A DNA stretch of 63,774 nt, counting the filler, from Octopus bimaculoides (taxonomy: Eukaryota), in NCBI RefSeq assembly GCF_001194135.2. It is 6 parts of 6 records of this genome, joined end to end, with 100 filler letters (N's around TTAATTAATTAA, not from the genome) between each part and the next. Parts side by side here need not be neighbours in the genome. Positions count along the whole stretch, not along the records: positions 1 to 15,548 come from NC_068989.1; positions 15,649 to 30,780 come from NC_068990.1; 4 more parts are not named here. One strand, given 5' to 3'. The position numbers and the translations under genes are program-made. Shown piece by piece: positions 13,441 to 26,295 of this stretch. The notes below the pieces were generated by a model, which was given only the letters and a program-made list of their open reading frames with translations, did no database searches and was not told where the DNA came from. How positions within the stretch are numbered: position 1 is the first letter of the stretch; each line of letters opens with the position of its first letter.

Positions 13441-13470
13441 TAGCAGTGATACCCGACGTTGGTCGGGTAA
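13440..13470 (-). mobile_element. Isolated Helitron 3' terminus
   Basis: Hairpin ACCCGAC-caac-GTCGGGT 7 nt before CTAG|T on the minus strand, abutting (TA)n; same layout as the terminus at 45832. Confidence 0.55.
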
Positions 13471-13539
13471 TTACTTTTACTCATTTTAGGGAGCCACATT
13501 CAAAGTGTTATTTTATATATCAAGGCAATTATGTAATAC

Positions 13540-13660
13540 ACAAGGCTTTGGTCAGCACAGACCTGTAATGAAAGAGAATTTTGCAGCCTACCACATAGTG
13601 GGACTGAACCCAAGGTCACATACCTGGAAAGCAAGCATCTCAACAACACAGCCATGCCTA
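13540..13660 (-). mobile_element. tRNA-derived SINE family B head fragment
   Basis: Minus strand ggcatggctgtgttgttgagatgcttgc...GGGTTCAGTCCCAC (A/B boxes); homologous to 24195-24325. Confidence 0.6.
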
Positions 13661-14049
13661 TAAAGGAGAGATACATTTTAGATAATATATTCCTGGATAC
13701 AATATGCTTAACAAAAAGAAGGGATGTTTACGGCGAGATCTTTGATTTTTAAATTTACTCGAGCAACGCAACAACTATCAATGCGGCACGTTGGGAAATT
13801 GCGAAATTCTCTTTCATCATAGCTCCGTGCCGACCAAAGCCTTGTGTATTATATAATTGCCATTATTATATTGATATATAAAATAACGATCTGTTTCAAT
13901 GAAAGTAAGCAAAATTTTAAAAGGCTGACAGAATTTTATTACCAAAACAAATGGTTTTATAAATCTTACATGAAATGTTTATTGAAAATTTTCTACATGT
14001 CTATATCTCTGCATACTTCAAATCTCTCCTTAGCCTTGTGAAACACATT

Positions 14050-14345
14050 TTGAAGCATTTCAGGAGTTAGCTCCTGCACTGCTAACTGATTGTGTTCTTT
14101 AAGCTCAGCTAAATGATTGTTCCAACTTTGGGATGGGGGTAAAGAAAATGGTTGCTGCCAAATTGAAAAGAAAAGCTGCCATGGGCCAATAAGAGGGGTC
14201 CAACAGGAATGAAAATAAAATTATAAACAATATTCAAAATGTATACACTTTTAACAAATGTAAAACATGATAAACATAAATAAGAGTTTTGAAGAAAATG
14301 CACCCGATTTCACTCAAATCATTATTAATTCTGGGACACCCTGTA
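14050..14345. mobile_element. Possible Tc1/mariner-type terminal fragment
   Basis: Ends in ...CACCCTGTA, the complement of the TACAGGGTG terminus seen at 50114; no clear ORF. Confidence 0.3.
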
Positions 14346-14899
14346 TTTACTCGTCCGACTAAACAAGTGAGGGAACACATGGTAATACTAATTGCAGGTG
14401 GCGAGCGTAGCTTCCGGAAGTTGTCACGCTGTTGAACGCAAATGATTGTGGGTACCAACAGCAGTTTGTTTTTTGTAAGAACATTTTGCATTATATAGTT
14501 CAGATATGGATGACATAGAAAGCAGACATTGCCGCATTGCGCAGGATGGGAAGCATGAAACATCAACAGGGCACTCCTGGGGAATGGATGAGTGGGTTTG
14601 TTGTGCCTTCTCATTCCCTCTGCCAAATTGGACAAAATGGTTTTCATGAAATATTACACGCTACTTATAATGCGTAGTGTCAATATTTTATTGTCGGAAA
14701 ATGGTCTAAACAAGGATAAAACCCAGTGCAGTATACTCAAATCTGTTTTATCTGCATTTATGAGGGGCATAGTCTGCGTCGGAAAATCTTTTTAGTTAAC
14801 AGAAATTCGAGGAGCCTGAGTAGTGCTTGTTGCAAATTTGGTTGAAAGTGTCTGGACACTTTTTTACGTTACGGGCATTAACACTGCAAAATTGCTTTA

Positions 14900-15075
14900 A
14901 AAATGCGGTTTATCTCCCGCTGGGCCCGCATTAGGCAAGAAGTTGAAAATTTCGTTGGCCCATAATAATTCATGGACCTTATGTAATGGTGCATGTATAA
15001 AATTTCATTAAAATCGGTTGGGTGGATCTCGAGTTTTAACGACATAACAAACATACAGACATACATACATCCATG
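14900..15075 (+). mobile_element. HINE/DINE-like non-autonomous Helentron-type segment
   Basis: aaatttcattaaaatcggttg... followed by an (ACAT/ACAG) microsatellite, a typical layout for these elements. Confidence 0.35.
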
Positions 15076-15079
15076 TTTA

Positions 15080-15470
15080 ATATATATTGGTAAGAAAGAT
15101 ATTGGACAACCAAGCCGCCTTCAATCCGGCAACCAATCAGGAGAAGCCAGCATGCCTATTGTGATTATATAAAGGCTGAGAATCAATATGTTAGCTCATT
15201 AGCATTTTAGCTTTCTGTGTCAGTTGTATTTGCGAAATACATCACTTTTTCAGCTCAAAATATTGCACTTCCAAAGCTGGCTCTGCGTGGCGTCGAACTG
15301 TATCACTTCAAACGTGGCACATCTGTGTGTGACGCAGCTGAACTAATTTGCGAAGCGTTTGACCCCTTGCACTGTCTTGAAAAGTACTTGCGGTGTCAGC
15401 GCTTTGAATCTGACAATTATTCACTGGAAGGTAAACCACGAGTCAGGCGCCCAGAAGAGATCGATGATGA
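15080..15470 (+). mobile_element. Mariner 5' region and transposase HTH fragment
   Basis: LRGVELYHFKRGTSVCDAAELICEAF...QRFESDNYSLEGKPRVRRPEEIDDD; truncated by a microsatellite and gap. Confidence 0.7.
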
Positions 15471-18400
15471 TGCATACATACATAAATACATACATGCATA
15501 CATACATACATACATACATACATACATACATACATACATACATACATANNNNNNNNNNNNNNNNNNNNNNNNNNNNNNNNNNNNNNNNNNNNTTAATTAA
15601 TTAANNNNNNNNNNNNNNNNNNNNNNNNNNNNNNNNNNNNNNNNNNNNTATATATATATATATATATATCTTTCTCAATCTCTCACTCTATACATATATG
15701 CGTAGAATGATAGGTAGGTATATAGCTAGATACATAGATATATAGATGTATATTCAAATATGTATACACACACAGGCAAACACACACACACTCACACACA
15801 AACATAATTATCCCCGTGTGTATGTGAGGGTGTGTGTATATGTGTGTGTGAGTGAATATTTGTTCGGGTGTATATAAACATATATGTGTGTGTGTATGTG
15901 TGTGTGTGTGTGTGTGTGCGTGTGTGTATGTGTGTGTGTGTGTGTGTGTGCGTGTGTGTGCTCGCGCGCGTTCGTGCGCGCTCTTTGTTTTCTATGTGTT
16001 TGTAAACATTGAAATGCATCTTATAGACACTTATCAATGCAAACTTGCTCCGCCTTTCATTGGTTGTCAAACTTAATTATAGCAACGAATGGCTGATACG
16101 AACCAGTGAATGTATTTACTGTGTACTTACTCAGTCTACTAAAAATCGCAGCAAAATCTTCAAATCATATGTAATCATGCAAAACTACATGTAGACCGGG
16201 TTATGTGATGGGATGTCTACGACGGGTAGGCATCGATATAACAGTAGAGTAGTTACCGATGGAGGCGAGGAATTAGTCCACCCCGGGCCATGGTTCATGT
16301 TCTATCGCCCCAGTATTCCTTTAGCAAATGCCAGTGATCAGTCTTTATAGATACCACCCAATAAGTAAATAATTAAGTATATGTATTAATATTAAACTAA
16401 TTCTATGTAATTTTTCTCACTCTCTCTATTCTTGAAAATTTTGGTATATATTCAAATTATTCAAGATTTATCTTTTTTGTTATAATATTTTTCTTGTTAA
16501 CCCTAAAGTCTATCTTTATACAATATAACAATATTGTTTAAATCGATCACCTATAGTATCACATGATAAAATTTACTCTGTATTATCATCATTCGTTTTA
16601 TTAGCGTCTTGCCTTTTAACTGGTAATTAACATCTTGGTTTGAGATCTTCCACTACCCAACATCATTATAGCCAGTTACTTTATACTACTTCAAAATAAT
16701 CTTGACAAGTTTTATGACTCTACCCACTATGATTCTGTCAACTCTGTCATGCCCTTTCCTATCAGACACTATTGTCTAGTCTTGGATTTGATAAACAAAG
16801 ATTTGTTAAACAAGACTAATAAATTAAAACTGAACCAAGATCTGTGACAAGCTATGACCTCAACAAATTTTTGTTCCTGTTGTCTTAGAAACTTCTAAGC
16901 TGAAGTGTCAACAGCATGGACTTTGTCTTTTTCTCCTATTAGAGGATTTAAGTAAAATTATACAAATGTGTCCGACTGATTAAACAAATTCTATTCATTT
17001 ATTTAAGCAGACAAGGATAACCCTGCATTTAAATTGATGTAATGATTGCATTGTTCAACTAGAAAAGCACTCGGAGAGAGCAGACCCCCGCCAAACCAGC
17101 AGGAGCAGCACTACAACGACGACGACCACCACCACCACCACCACCACCACTACCACCATATCACAATCACCACCACAACTATCCTACCACTATCACCACC
17201 ACCACAACCACCAACATCACCAGCAGCATTGTCATTGCTTCCACTTCAACCACATACACACCGCCATCAACGTTATCATGACAGTTACCTTGACAGTCAT
17301 TTTCACCATCACAACCAGTATAACCACTACACTACCACCATCACACAACTAACACTATCATCAACACCACTATTACCACCATCGTCTCAGCATCACACAC
17401 CACACCGCTCCTGTCGCCATTATAAACACCAATACTATTTTATCTTCCTCTCATACTTATCTCGACCATCGTCATCATCAACACTGTCTCTTCTTTCACC
17501 ACTATCACCGTTACAACTACAATCACCACAATCAGTTTCTTTACACAGTTGAAAATCCATTATCCGATACTCATGGGACCGAGATTGTTGCAGATTTTCG
17601 ATTTTTCTAATTTCGGAGTGCTTTATTAAAAAAAAAAAATGCATCTACAAAACGGAACAGTTTGAGGATAGAAACCAGGTCTAAACACAATAGCTTATAG
17701 ACATAGTCTGAATATAGTTCTATATAAACCTTTAATAATTTTATTTTATACTTAAGAGCATCAGAAATGTTAAGATATCAACCACTACCCACGTTGTCAT
17801 GCTTTGATTAAAAGGTTACAACATAGATTAGATTACTTAGATAAGTTTCGGCCGAAGTTGACTCAAGCCTTGTTCAATTTAATTACACCACCTGGACGAG
17901 ATACACCTGGAAGAGTCAACTCTGGGGAACCGTAGCCCATTCAAACAGAGGGTTTTTGTTTTCAGAGAAATATCTGGGTGTGGCTGGTTTATCTGGTATT
18001 TATTGGGGGTAATCATCTAGGAATCGTTTAAATGCCGTGAAGTCACTTTTCTCATTTATATATGTCTGGCACGATGTTGAAGAGAGCTGAGCCAATTGAG
18101 TTTCTGTCATAGTGTTGTGATACGACACGTACATTTCTGTAGTGGACGTATGGCACGGGGGCCAAGCGTCGGACACATTTTAAAGATGGGCAATGTTCAT
18201 AGAATATTTTCCACATCATACAGATGATATATAGCTCACAGCGGCGGTGGAGGGAGCAAAGCCTGAGCTTTTTGAGTCGATCCCAGGCTTGTCATGTCAT
18301 CCTCGAAGCAGCTCATTTTAACATAGATACGCGAGTAAAATTATTAATAGAGAAACGAAAAGAAACCTTGGAAACAGCAATGCCACCATAGGTTACGTGC

Positions 18401-18539
18401 AGACGTTGAACATGTTTTCAAGGAAGAAAATCAAAGAACATAACATTGTAATATTTCATGTAAAGTAAATATAACAAACGAAAGATCCTTCAAGAATCCA
18501 TAAAAATTCCCGATCACTACCAACATTTTAACATCTGTT

Positions 18540-18675
18540 CCTTGTGTCATTACCAACTTTCCCTGCAAGTTTCATCAAATACCTCTCACAACTTCATGAG
18601 TTATTTTGTACACAGACGGACAGACGGACAAACCAACGCCGTCGAAAGCATAACCTCCTTTTTATCGGAGGCAAT
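18540..18675 (+). mobile_element. Pearl/HINE-like mollusc non-autonomous element 3' part
   Basis: aagtttcatcaaa..., (GACA)n core, terminal hairpin cataacctcc-ttttatc-ggaggcaa. Confidence 0.45.
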
Positions 18676-19084
18676 TAAATGGAGCCGCTTGAAACGGTCG
18701 TACTGCATCGCCTCTGGACATCCTGCTGCTTATTTTTATATCTGTCAATCTAGCTAGCGATAGATGGTAATTTTATCTGACCTCTGAATATGTGTATATA
18801 TATATTTCACTTTTGTCTATAATATACGCAGAAATGTTATGGACTCTAAGTGTTTTCCTTTGACAAGAGCATGTGTATACTGATTATATATAACCGTTGA
18901 TTATATATTTTTGGCCAATTATCTTTTCCAACCAAATTTACACAAATAAATACAATCAATCATTTGAATACACACAAACTTATTAAAGTTTTGTTAACCC
19001 TATACACACATTACACACACATATAAGACAACAAACCTATATACACTCTGTATACACACACAAGCTAATTACTGGAAGATGTTG

Positions 19085-19285
19085 GTTTCAAATATTGGCA
19101 CATAGGCAACAATTTTGCGAAAAAGGGTAATTCAATTACATCGACTCAACCAGTGCTCAAATAGTACTTATTTTATCGACTCCGAAAGTCGACCTCGGAG
19201 GAATTTCAATTCAAAACGTAAAGACAACCTGTTGATAAGAATTTTGCCCGGTGCGGTAACGATTCTGCCAGCTCACCGCCTTAAA
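19085..19285 (-). mobile_element. SINE family A, degenerate
   Basis: Same core and head (aaggcggtgagctggcagaatcg) as the other copies. Confidence 0.75.
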
Positions 19286-20241
19286 CTACTGGAACATACT
19301 ACGTACCTACATGTCAATGAACCATGTTTTGAGCATTGCATACTCACAAAGCAACTAATTTTTTGTGTGCACGTAGATTTCACTTCTGCGTTTATCATAA
19401 AACTTAGCGTGCGTGTGTGGGCGACCAAGCCTGAATTTTAGAAGAAAGAGTTCTCCTTTCGATTTTAGATAACCTCACTTCAAATCATATTATCTTTGTT
19501 TAAAGAGATAATGATGAATATGCTTGTAGGAAGACATGTCATTTGAATTAGTATTAGGAATTGTTAGAATACAATTAAAACTTTTGTGATACTTTATAAA
19601 TAATTTTTTTCAAATTTTCATACTGCGTTTTAATCCTTTTGTGTTTCACGTGTTTGATGCAATAAATGTATCATGTGTTGTGAGAACAAACAAAAGCTTT
19701 GTTATCCAAAATAATGCGGTAATTAATAATAATGTTTAGTATACATTCAGTGCACATATACTTCGGTCATAGGCAAAAACAATTAGCAAAGCTAAAGATC
19801 TTGATCAAACTGGTAACTGAAGATCACGTCCTTTAAAGCATAAATTTAGTTAAATCAAAGAAGATGGATGATGTGCAAAGACGGGCCGATTATTGGTACT
19901 TAAATCACAGACAGAAAATTTTAAAACGCAAACACATAATTGACATAAATGTAAACATACATGCATACATATTTATATCATTGCGAAGTCACAACGAATA
20001 TGTGCACTCGGGCATGATAAGACCTTCCATTGCGGAGCTAGTCCTTGGGAAAAAGAAAAGAAAACAGATAGATTGTAAATGACATTATTTGATAGAAAGG
20101 ATGCACGTGTTTCTGTGTTGTTTTCTCATCGTCAGTTACGAATGTTAAATATGTAGGTGACATCTAGTAAGAACAGAATCTATGCTGATGTGCGTAAAGC
20201 TTAGAGAAGCTAGAAATAAATTCAGTGCTGCTGTATGCAGT

Positions 20242-20297
<56 letters not shown>

Positions 20298-21369
20298 TGA
20301 TACGGACCGCCGAAATACAAAATAACGTTATATCCCTATTTCCCGAGCTGGGTTTGAAACCGTATTCTGGTTGTTGAGGACAATGGTATTTCTTTTGTCC
20401 TGCCAACAAACACGGCTATTTATAGCGTAGGAGTGAGATCGCTGACCCTTTCCGGTCATCGAAAGTTTAGAAAAACAAGTTAGGAATTGTACTAAACTGA
20501 CCCAGCTTTGGAAGGGGGAACGCAGCACTGTGAGCCATGTTTATCTGTTATAAATACGGGAGCATAGAATTGGGATTCGCAGTTGGCGAAAACAAAATCA
20601 GTGGATGAAGAGCGCGAGTTCGGTGTGACGGCCAGCAGCCAGTAGGGAAGCAAGATGAACAGAGAGACTGACAGAAAGAGGCTAAAAGAGAGAGGCTATG
20701 GTCAGAAGGTACCAGTCAGCAGAAATGGATAGAGCCTGAGAGAGATAGAGAGAGGGACAGAGAGATGGAACTGTTGTGGCAGGCAAAAGATTGTAGTAGA
20801 CTACCTTGGTCAGTTTTTGTGATTGTAGTGGGATATTTGAAGGAAAGGAAATTCTTGCGGTGAAGGTTTGTTTGCATTTCTTTAAAGAAAAGTGTACTTG
20901 CGTTGTTACATGCTTTAAAAGAAAAACAGATTTTGTTAACTGTGATGTTAACTGGCAGAATAGAAAAAGGAACTTTGTTGTTACATGTTGATCAAAAAAA
21001 AAAAAAAGAAAAACAAAGAAGTAAAAGAACTTTTAATTGACTTGATATACGAACTCTGACTGTAAACTTTTGATTATGTTAAATGCTTGGAAACGCTATT
21101 GTTAAATGTTACATGTTATTTCAAAAGCATGAATTATTGTTATGCTCTGTTTTGTATTGATGATGTATTGTTTTGTTAAGAAAGACAAAAGTTAGTTTCA
21201 CTACGCAACGTATGGTCTCCATGTTATTTCTTCTTCCTTGCCTATTGTCATCGTTACGTCCTCCGGCTGGGCTTAATAGTCGTGGCGAACATCCCGACTC
21301 ACTGAGCGTCGACGCTCGCGCGCGCACGAGTTTTCTCTTCGTTGAGGTGCTTCGCGTGCAGGCGTTCGT

Positions 21370-21447
<78 letters not shown>

Positions 21448-21599
21448 TCACACACACGTTTCGTATTTAAAAAATAACTGAATATCTTAATATTTCAAGC
21501 CAATCAATTCACAGGAATTCACAATAAAGTCTTGTATATTATATTATATTACATTATATTATATTATATTATATTATACACATATATTCAAGCATATAA

Positions 21600-21780
21600 T
21601 TGTTTTTATCAAATATATACTAATCTCACTTTACAACTCTACTACAATCATGACATGCACTAGCAATTTGATCAATTTTCTCCGTCAATTTCATTTGCCG
21701 TGTACTTCGGATACAGTACTACTAGCAATCCTACGTTTGCCATGAAAAAGGTAGTCCTCATATATTAGAAGGTCTTGCGT
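21600..21780. repeat. Diverged direct duplicate, copy A (partner at 23830-24012)
   Basis: Gap-free alignment to copy B over ~150 nt, e.g. gccgtgtacttc, ctacgtttgc, aaggtcttgc. Confidence 0.85.
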
Positions 21781-22306
21781 TATTCTTCTATTTTATTGCA
21801 ATTGGTGTAGCTACTTGTGTTGGCGTTATTATTGTTCTATGCGAGATTGTGTTATGTCACACCAAAATTTACCCTTGCTTTTCTCTGATCAAAAAGAATT
21901 TAGTTTAAGTTTACTGCTGAATTTTGAAAAGAATATAAGTGTACCGCAAGTGAAAAATGATTGCAGAGCATTGCTATAAACAACGGAAGTGAGCGAGACT
22001 ATTATACGTTACTGTGAATGCACGACAGAGTTCAAAGTGAATCTGTGCCAAACGCATTCATTTTACGTACTTTATCTCCGTTACGATAACAACAGAGCCT
22101 GTACTTTTTGATCGGACCTCGTATAATCACTGTTCCTATATAACTAACGTTACGAATTTGCGTATCTAAAAATATGAAATGGCTGAATCTCAATATGTAC
22201 TTGGTTAATCAGTTGAAATGTTAACAAGCTGCCTAACTAGTAATTTAGCTAGTTAACAAGCTTGTTTGTTAATTAGTTATGTATTTTTACACTGATATCA
22301 TTTTTC

Positions 22307-22373
<67 letters not shown>

Positions 22374-23605
22374 NNNNNNNNNNNNNNNNNNNNNNNNNNN
22401 NNNNNNNNNNNNNNNNNNNNNNNNNNNNNNNNNNNNNNNNNNNNNNNNNNNNNNNNNNNNNNNNNNNNNNNNNNNNNNNNNNNNNNNNNNNNNNNNNNNN
22501 NNNNNNNNNNNNNNNNNNNNNNNNNNNNNNNNNNNNNNNNNNNNNNNNNNNNNNNNNNNNNNNNNNNNNNNNNNNNNNNNNNNNNNNNNNNNNNNNNNNN
22601 NNNNNNNNNNNNNNNNNNNNNNNNNNNNNNNNNNNNNNNNNNNNNNNNNNNNNNNNNNNNNNNNNNNNNNNNNNNNNNNNNNNNNNNNNNNNNNNNNNNN
22701 NNNNNNNNNNNNNNNNNNNNNNNNNNNNNNNNNNNNNNNNNNNNNNNNNNNNNNNNNNNNNNNNNNNNNNNNNNNNNNNNNNNNNNNNNNNNNNNNNNNN
22801 NNNNNNNNNNNNNNNNNNNNNNNNNNNNNNNNNNNNNNNNNNNNNNNNNNNNNNNNNNNNNNNNNNNNNNNNNNNNNNNNNNNNNNNNNNNNNNNNNNNN
22901 NNNNNNNNNNNNNNNNNNNNNNNNNNNNNNNNNNNNNNNNNNNNNNNNNNNNNNNNNNNNNNNNNNNNNNNNNNNNNNNNNNNNNNNNNNNNNNNNNNNN
23001 NNNNNNNNNNNNNNNNNNNNNNNNNNNNNNNNNNNNNNNNNNNNNNNNNNNNNNNNNNNNNNNNNNNNNNNNNNNNNNNNNNNNNNNNNNNNNNNNNNNN
23101 NNNNNNNNNNNNNNNNNNNNNNNNNNNNNNNNNNNNNNNNNNNNNNNNNNNNNNNNNNNNNNNNNNNNNNNNNNNNNNNNNNNNNNNNNNNNNNNNNNNN
23201 NNNNNNNNNNNNNNNNNNNNNNNNNNNNNNNNNNNNNNNNNNNNNNNNNNNNNNNNNNNNNNNNNNNNNNNNNNNNNNNNNNNNNNNNNNNNNNNNNNNN
23301 NNNNGAGATAGAGAGAGAGAGAGAAGTAGTGACAGGTAGAGGCGAAGAACAGAAGAGGGAAGAATGAGAGGGGGAGATAGAAATAGAGAGAATCGCGTTA
23401 GAAAAATAGTTAAAACTTACTGTATAAAGGTAACGCGTGCGTTCTGTCGTGATACAAACAATATATGAGTATATGCATATATATGTACATGTATGTATAT
23501 ACGTTCATCTACAAGTACATATAGATACATAACTGGGTACATGACTTGGCAAAAGAACAAGGACAAAATGGTAAACAAGGTGCAACAAACAAGCAGGCCA
23601 CATAC

Positions 23606-23636
<31 letters not shown>

Positions 23637-23711
23637 CGTGTGTGTGTGTGTGTGTATGAATGCCCATGTTTATAATTATACATAAGTGTTTATGTCTGTA
23701 TGAGCATACAT

Positions 23712-23784
<73 letters not shown>

Positions 23785-23829
23785 TATGCATACATATATA
23801 TATATACACACATTCGTGCATAGAATGTT

Positions 23830-24012
23830 TGTTTGTTTTTTATTAAATATCGATTAACCTCTCTTTACAACTTTACTACAATCATCACATGTACCAGAAA
23901 TTTAATCCGTTTCCTTCGTCAGTTTCATTAGCCGTGTACTTCTGATCCATCACTTCTAGCAACACTACGTTTGCTCAGCAAAAGGTATTTCTCATATGCT
24001 AAAAGGTCTTGC
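23830..24012. repeat. Diverged direct duplicate, copy B (partner at 21600-21780)
   Basis: See copy A. Confidence 0.85.
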
Positions 24013-24064
24013 TGCGATAGAGTCTTGAAAAATTATAGACAAATGAACCGACTCCAGTACGCCT

Positions 24065-24325
24065 TTTTCTTTTTTTGTCTTAAGTCTGGTATTGCCTCTA
24101 TGAGTATATTTTGTCGAACCGCTAAGTTACGGGGACGTAAACACACCAACATTAATTTGGTGCGGGACAAGGTGGGACTCAGAGGCCACACGCCTAACAA
24201 ATATACTTGCAAGGCTTTAGTCGAGCCGAGGCTATAGTAAAAGACACTTGTTCAAAGAGCCACACAGTGGGACTGAACCGCAAAACACATGGTTGGGAAG
24301 CAAAATTCTTCCCGTAAAACCACAC
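24065..24325 (-). mobile_element. SINE family B, near full length
   Basis: Minus strand: GGTTCAGTCCCAC B box, gtgtcttttactatagcctcggctcgactaaagccttg, then ggtgtgtttacgtccccgtaacttagcggttcg. Confidence 0.75.
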
Positions 24326-24330
24326 ACACA

Positions 24331-24399
<69 letters not shown>

Positions 24400-24410
24400 T
24401 ATATGAATAT

Positions 24411-24474
<64 letters not shown>

Positions 24475-24498
24475 AAACGCACGCTTATAATCAATCTA

Positions 24499-24542
<44 letters not shown>

Positions 24543-24680
24543 TCTCTCTGTCTCTCTCTGTATATATATATATATATATATATACATACCTTTCTATCTG
24601 TTTATCTATCTGTCTGTATGTCTATCTATCTTTCAATTTGTCTGTGAGTGTGTAGAGTGTGTGTGTGTGTGTGTGTATGT

Positions 24681-24725
<45 letters not shown>

Positions 24726-24735
24726 NNNNNNNNNN

Positions 24736-24773
<38 letters not shown>

Positions 24774-24776
24774 GAC

Positions 24777-24810
<34 letters not shown>

Positions 24811-25264
24811 CGTGTTTGTGAGTTACTTATAATATGTCTTACACAAACACTTCCTGAACGAATGAAAATACAAATAGCATGAAGTAAAATACGCCACCGT
24901 ATAAATAGCAAAATCAAACCAGCTAATAGTTTGACACTGAATACAGCTAAATATATAACCTTTACTGATTGTATACTTACGCGTTGACAAATAGACCATT
25001 GAAAGGATACATAAGTGAAAGGTGTCCGTGTTTATTGAGTATAATGTATGCAGTTTAATGTAATTTCTCTCTGGTCGTTGCATTTTGCTGTTCTGTCGGA
25101 TTTTAACCCCAGGTTTACCCTGATTGAGTACCCTCATGAACAAATGCATTCAAGTCGTGGTTCTGCCGTATTATTTTTGAGACATTTTTCACTTTCTTGC
25201 TCAAATCAGCCTTCTATTTTTAAGCTGGTTGAGATTGCGATTTCAGAGAAACTTTGGCTCATTT

Positions 25265-25505
25265 CTTATGTCTTTATTGCCCACAAGGGGCTAAACATAG
25301 AGGGGACAAACAAGGACAGACAAATGGATTAAGTCGTTTACATCGACCTCCAGTGCATAACTGGTACTTAATATATCGACCCCGAAAGGATTAAAGGCAA
25401 AGTCGACCTCGGCGGAATTTGAACTCAGAACGTAACGGCAGACGAAATACCGTTAAGCATTTAACCCGGCGCGCTAACTTTTCTGCCTGCTCAACGCCTT
25501 AGTCA
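25265..25505 (-). mobile_element. Full-length SINE family A with tail type A and 11-bp TSD
   Basis: TTGGCTCATTT at 25254-25264 and 25506-25516; tail ccccttgtgggcaataaagacataagaaa on the minus strand. Confidence 0.9.
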
Positions 25506-25714
25506 TTGGCTCATTTTTGCCATGCGCGTTTGGTGTTGTTTAGCACTGGATCAACCGTGTTGAACAGGATAAAATTTATTCAAGCATTTGCCATGCCGCG
25601 AGTTCTTGGTGAAGTGCAATTACTGTAATTGATAACTCTTTGTCTTTTACCAACCAATAAATACTGTCCACCAAATATTGCGTGTCCTATATGCGATGCT
25701 GTGCCTATATACTT

Positions 25715-25930
25715 TCAAATTTTGGCAGAAGGCCAGTAATTTCGCGGGAGCGAGTAAATTCGTGACATTGACCTCAGTTCTTAACTGGCACTTATTTTAT
25801 CGACTTTGCCTTCCACCCACAAAGGAGTAAAGGCAAATTTGAGCTGGGCATAATTTGAACTCAGAACGTAAAGACGGACGAAATGTCGCTAAGCTTTTTC
25901 CGCGGCATGCAGGCGATTCTGGCCTTAAGT
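25715..25930 (-). mobile_element. SINE family A, degenerate
   Basis: Core aatttgaactcagaacgtaaagacggacgaaatg. Confidence 0.65.
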
Positions 25931-26059
25931 TTAACCAACATTCCCTGCTTTGAAACACTAAAAACTTTTGGTCCTGAATATATGCTTTTGAAGCATGACC
26001 GTGCGTTTTTTATGCCCTCAAAAATGCTAATGATGATAATGATGCGAATGATGTAGATA

Positions 26060-26209
26060 ATTATTGTTGTTGGTGGTGTTGTTTTTTTCTTCTTCTTCTT
26101 CTTCTTCTTCTTCTTCTTCTTCTTCTTCTTCTTCTTCTTCTTCTACTTCTTCCTCCTCCTTCTCCTCCTCCTCCTCCTCTTCTTCTTCTTCTTCTTCTCA
26201 TTATCACAA

Positions 26210-26265
<56 letters not shown>

Positions 26266-26295
26266 GTCAAGATCATCATAATCATTATCATCATT
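26060..26295. repeat. Compound (TTC)n/(CTC)n/(ATT)n microsatellite
   Basis: Directly visible. Confidence 0.95.

Noticed and set aside
15549-15648. TTAATTAATTAA flanked by 44 N on each side (also at 30825, 51628, 57322, 62443)
   Set aside because: Assembly placeholder: a 100-bp gap with a palindrome giving stops in all six frames. Not biological.
17046-17552. 168-aa His/Thr/Pro-rich ORF
   Set aside because: Cryptic (CAC/CAT)n simple sequence with no splice or start context.
12788-17995. Candidate plus-strand micro-exons 12788-12813 and 17966-17995 with good splice signals
   Set aside because: Too short to assign; such AG..GT pairs are expected by chance in 64 kb without transcript data.
21730-21906. 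Plus-strand hydrophobic stretch GLALFFYFIAIGVATCVGVIIVLCEIV, like an ionotropic-receptor M4 helix
   Set aside because: Not conserved in the duplicate copy, no upstream channel exons, and T-rich sequence readily gives such stretches.
21950-22080. Cys/His pattern resembling a piggyBac C-terminal domain
   Set aside because: Needs two frameshifts, and no catalytic-domain or TTAA/TIR evidence is nearby.
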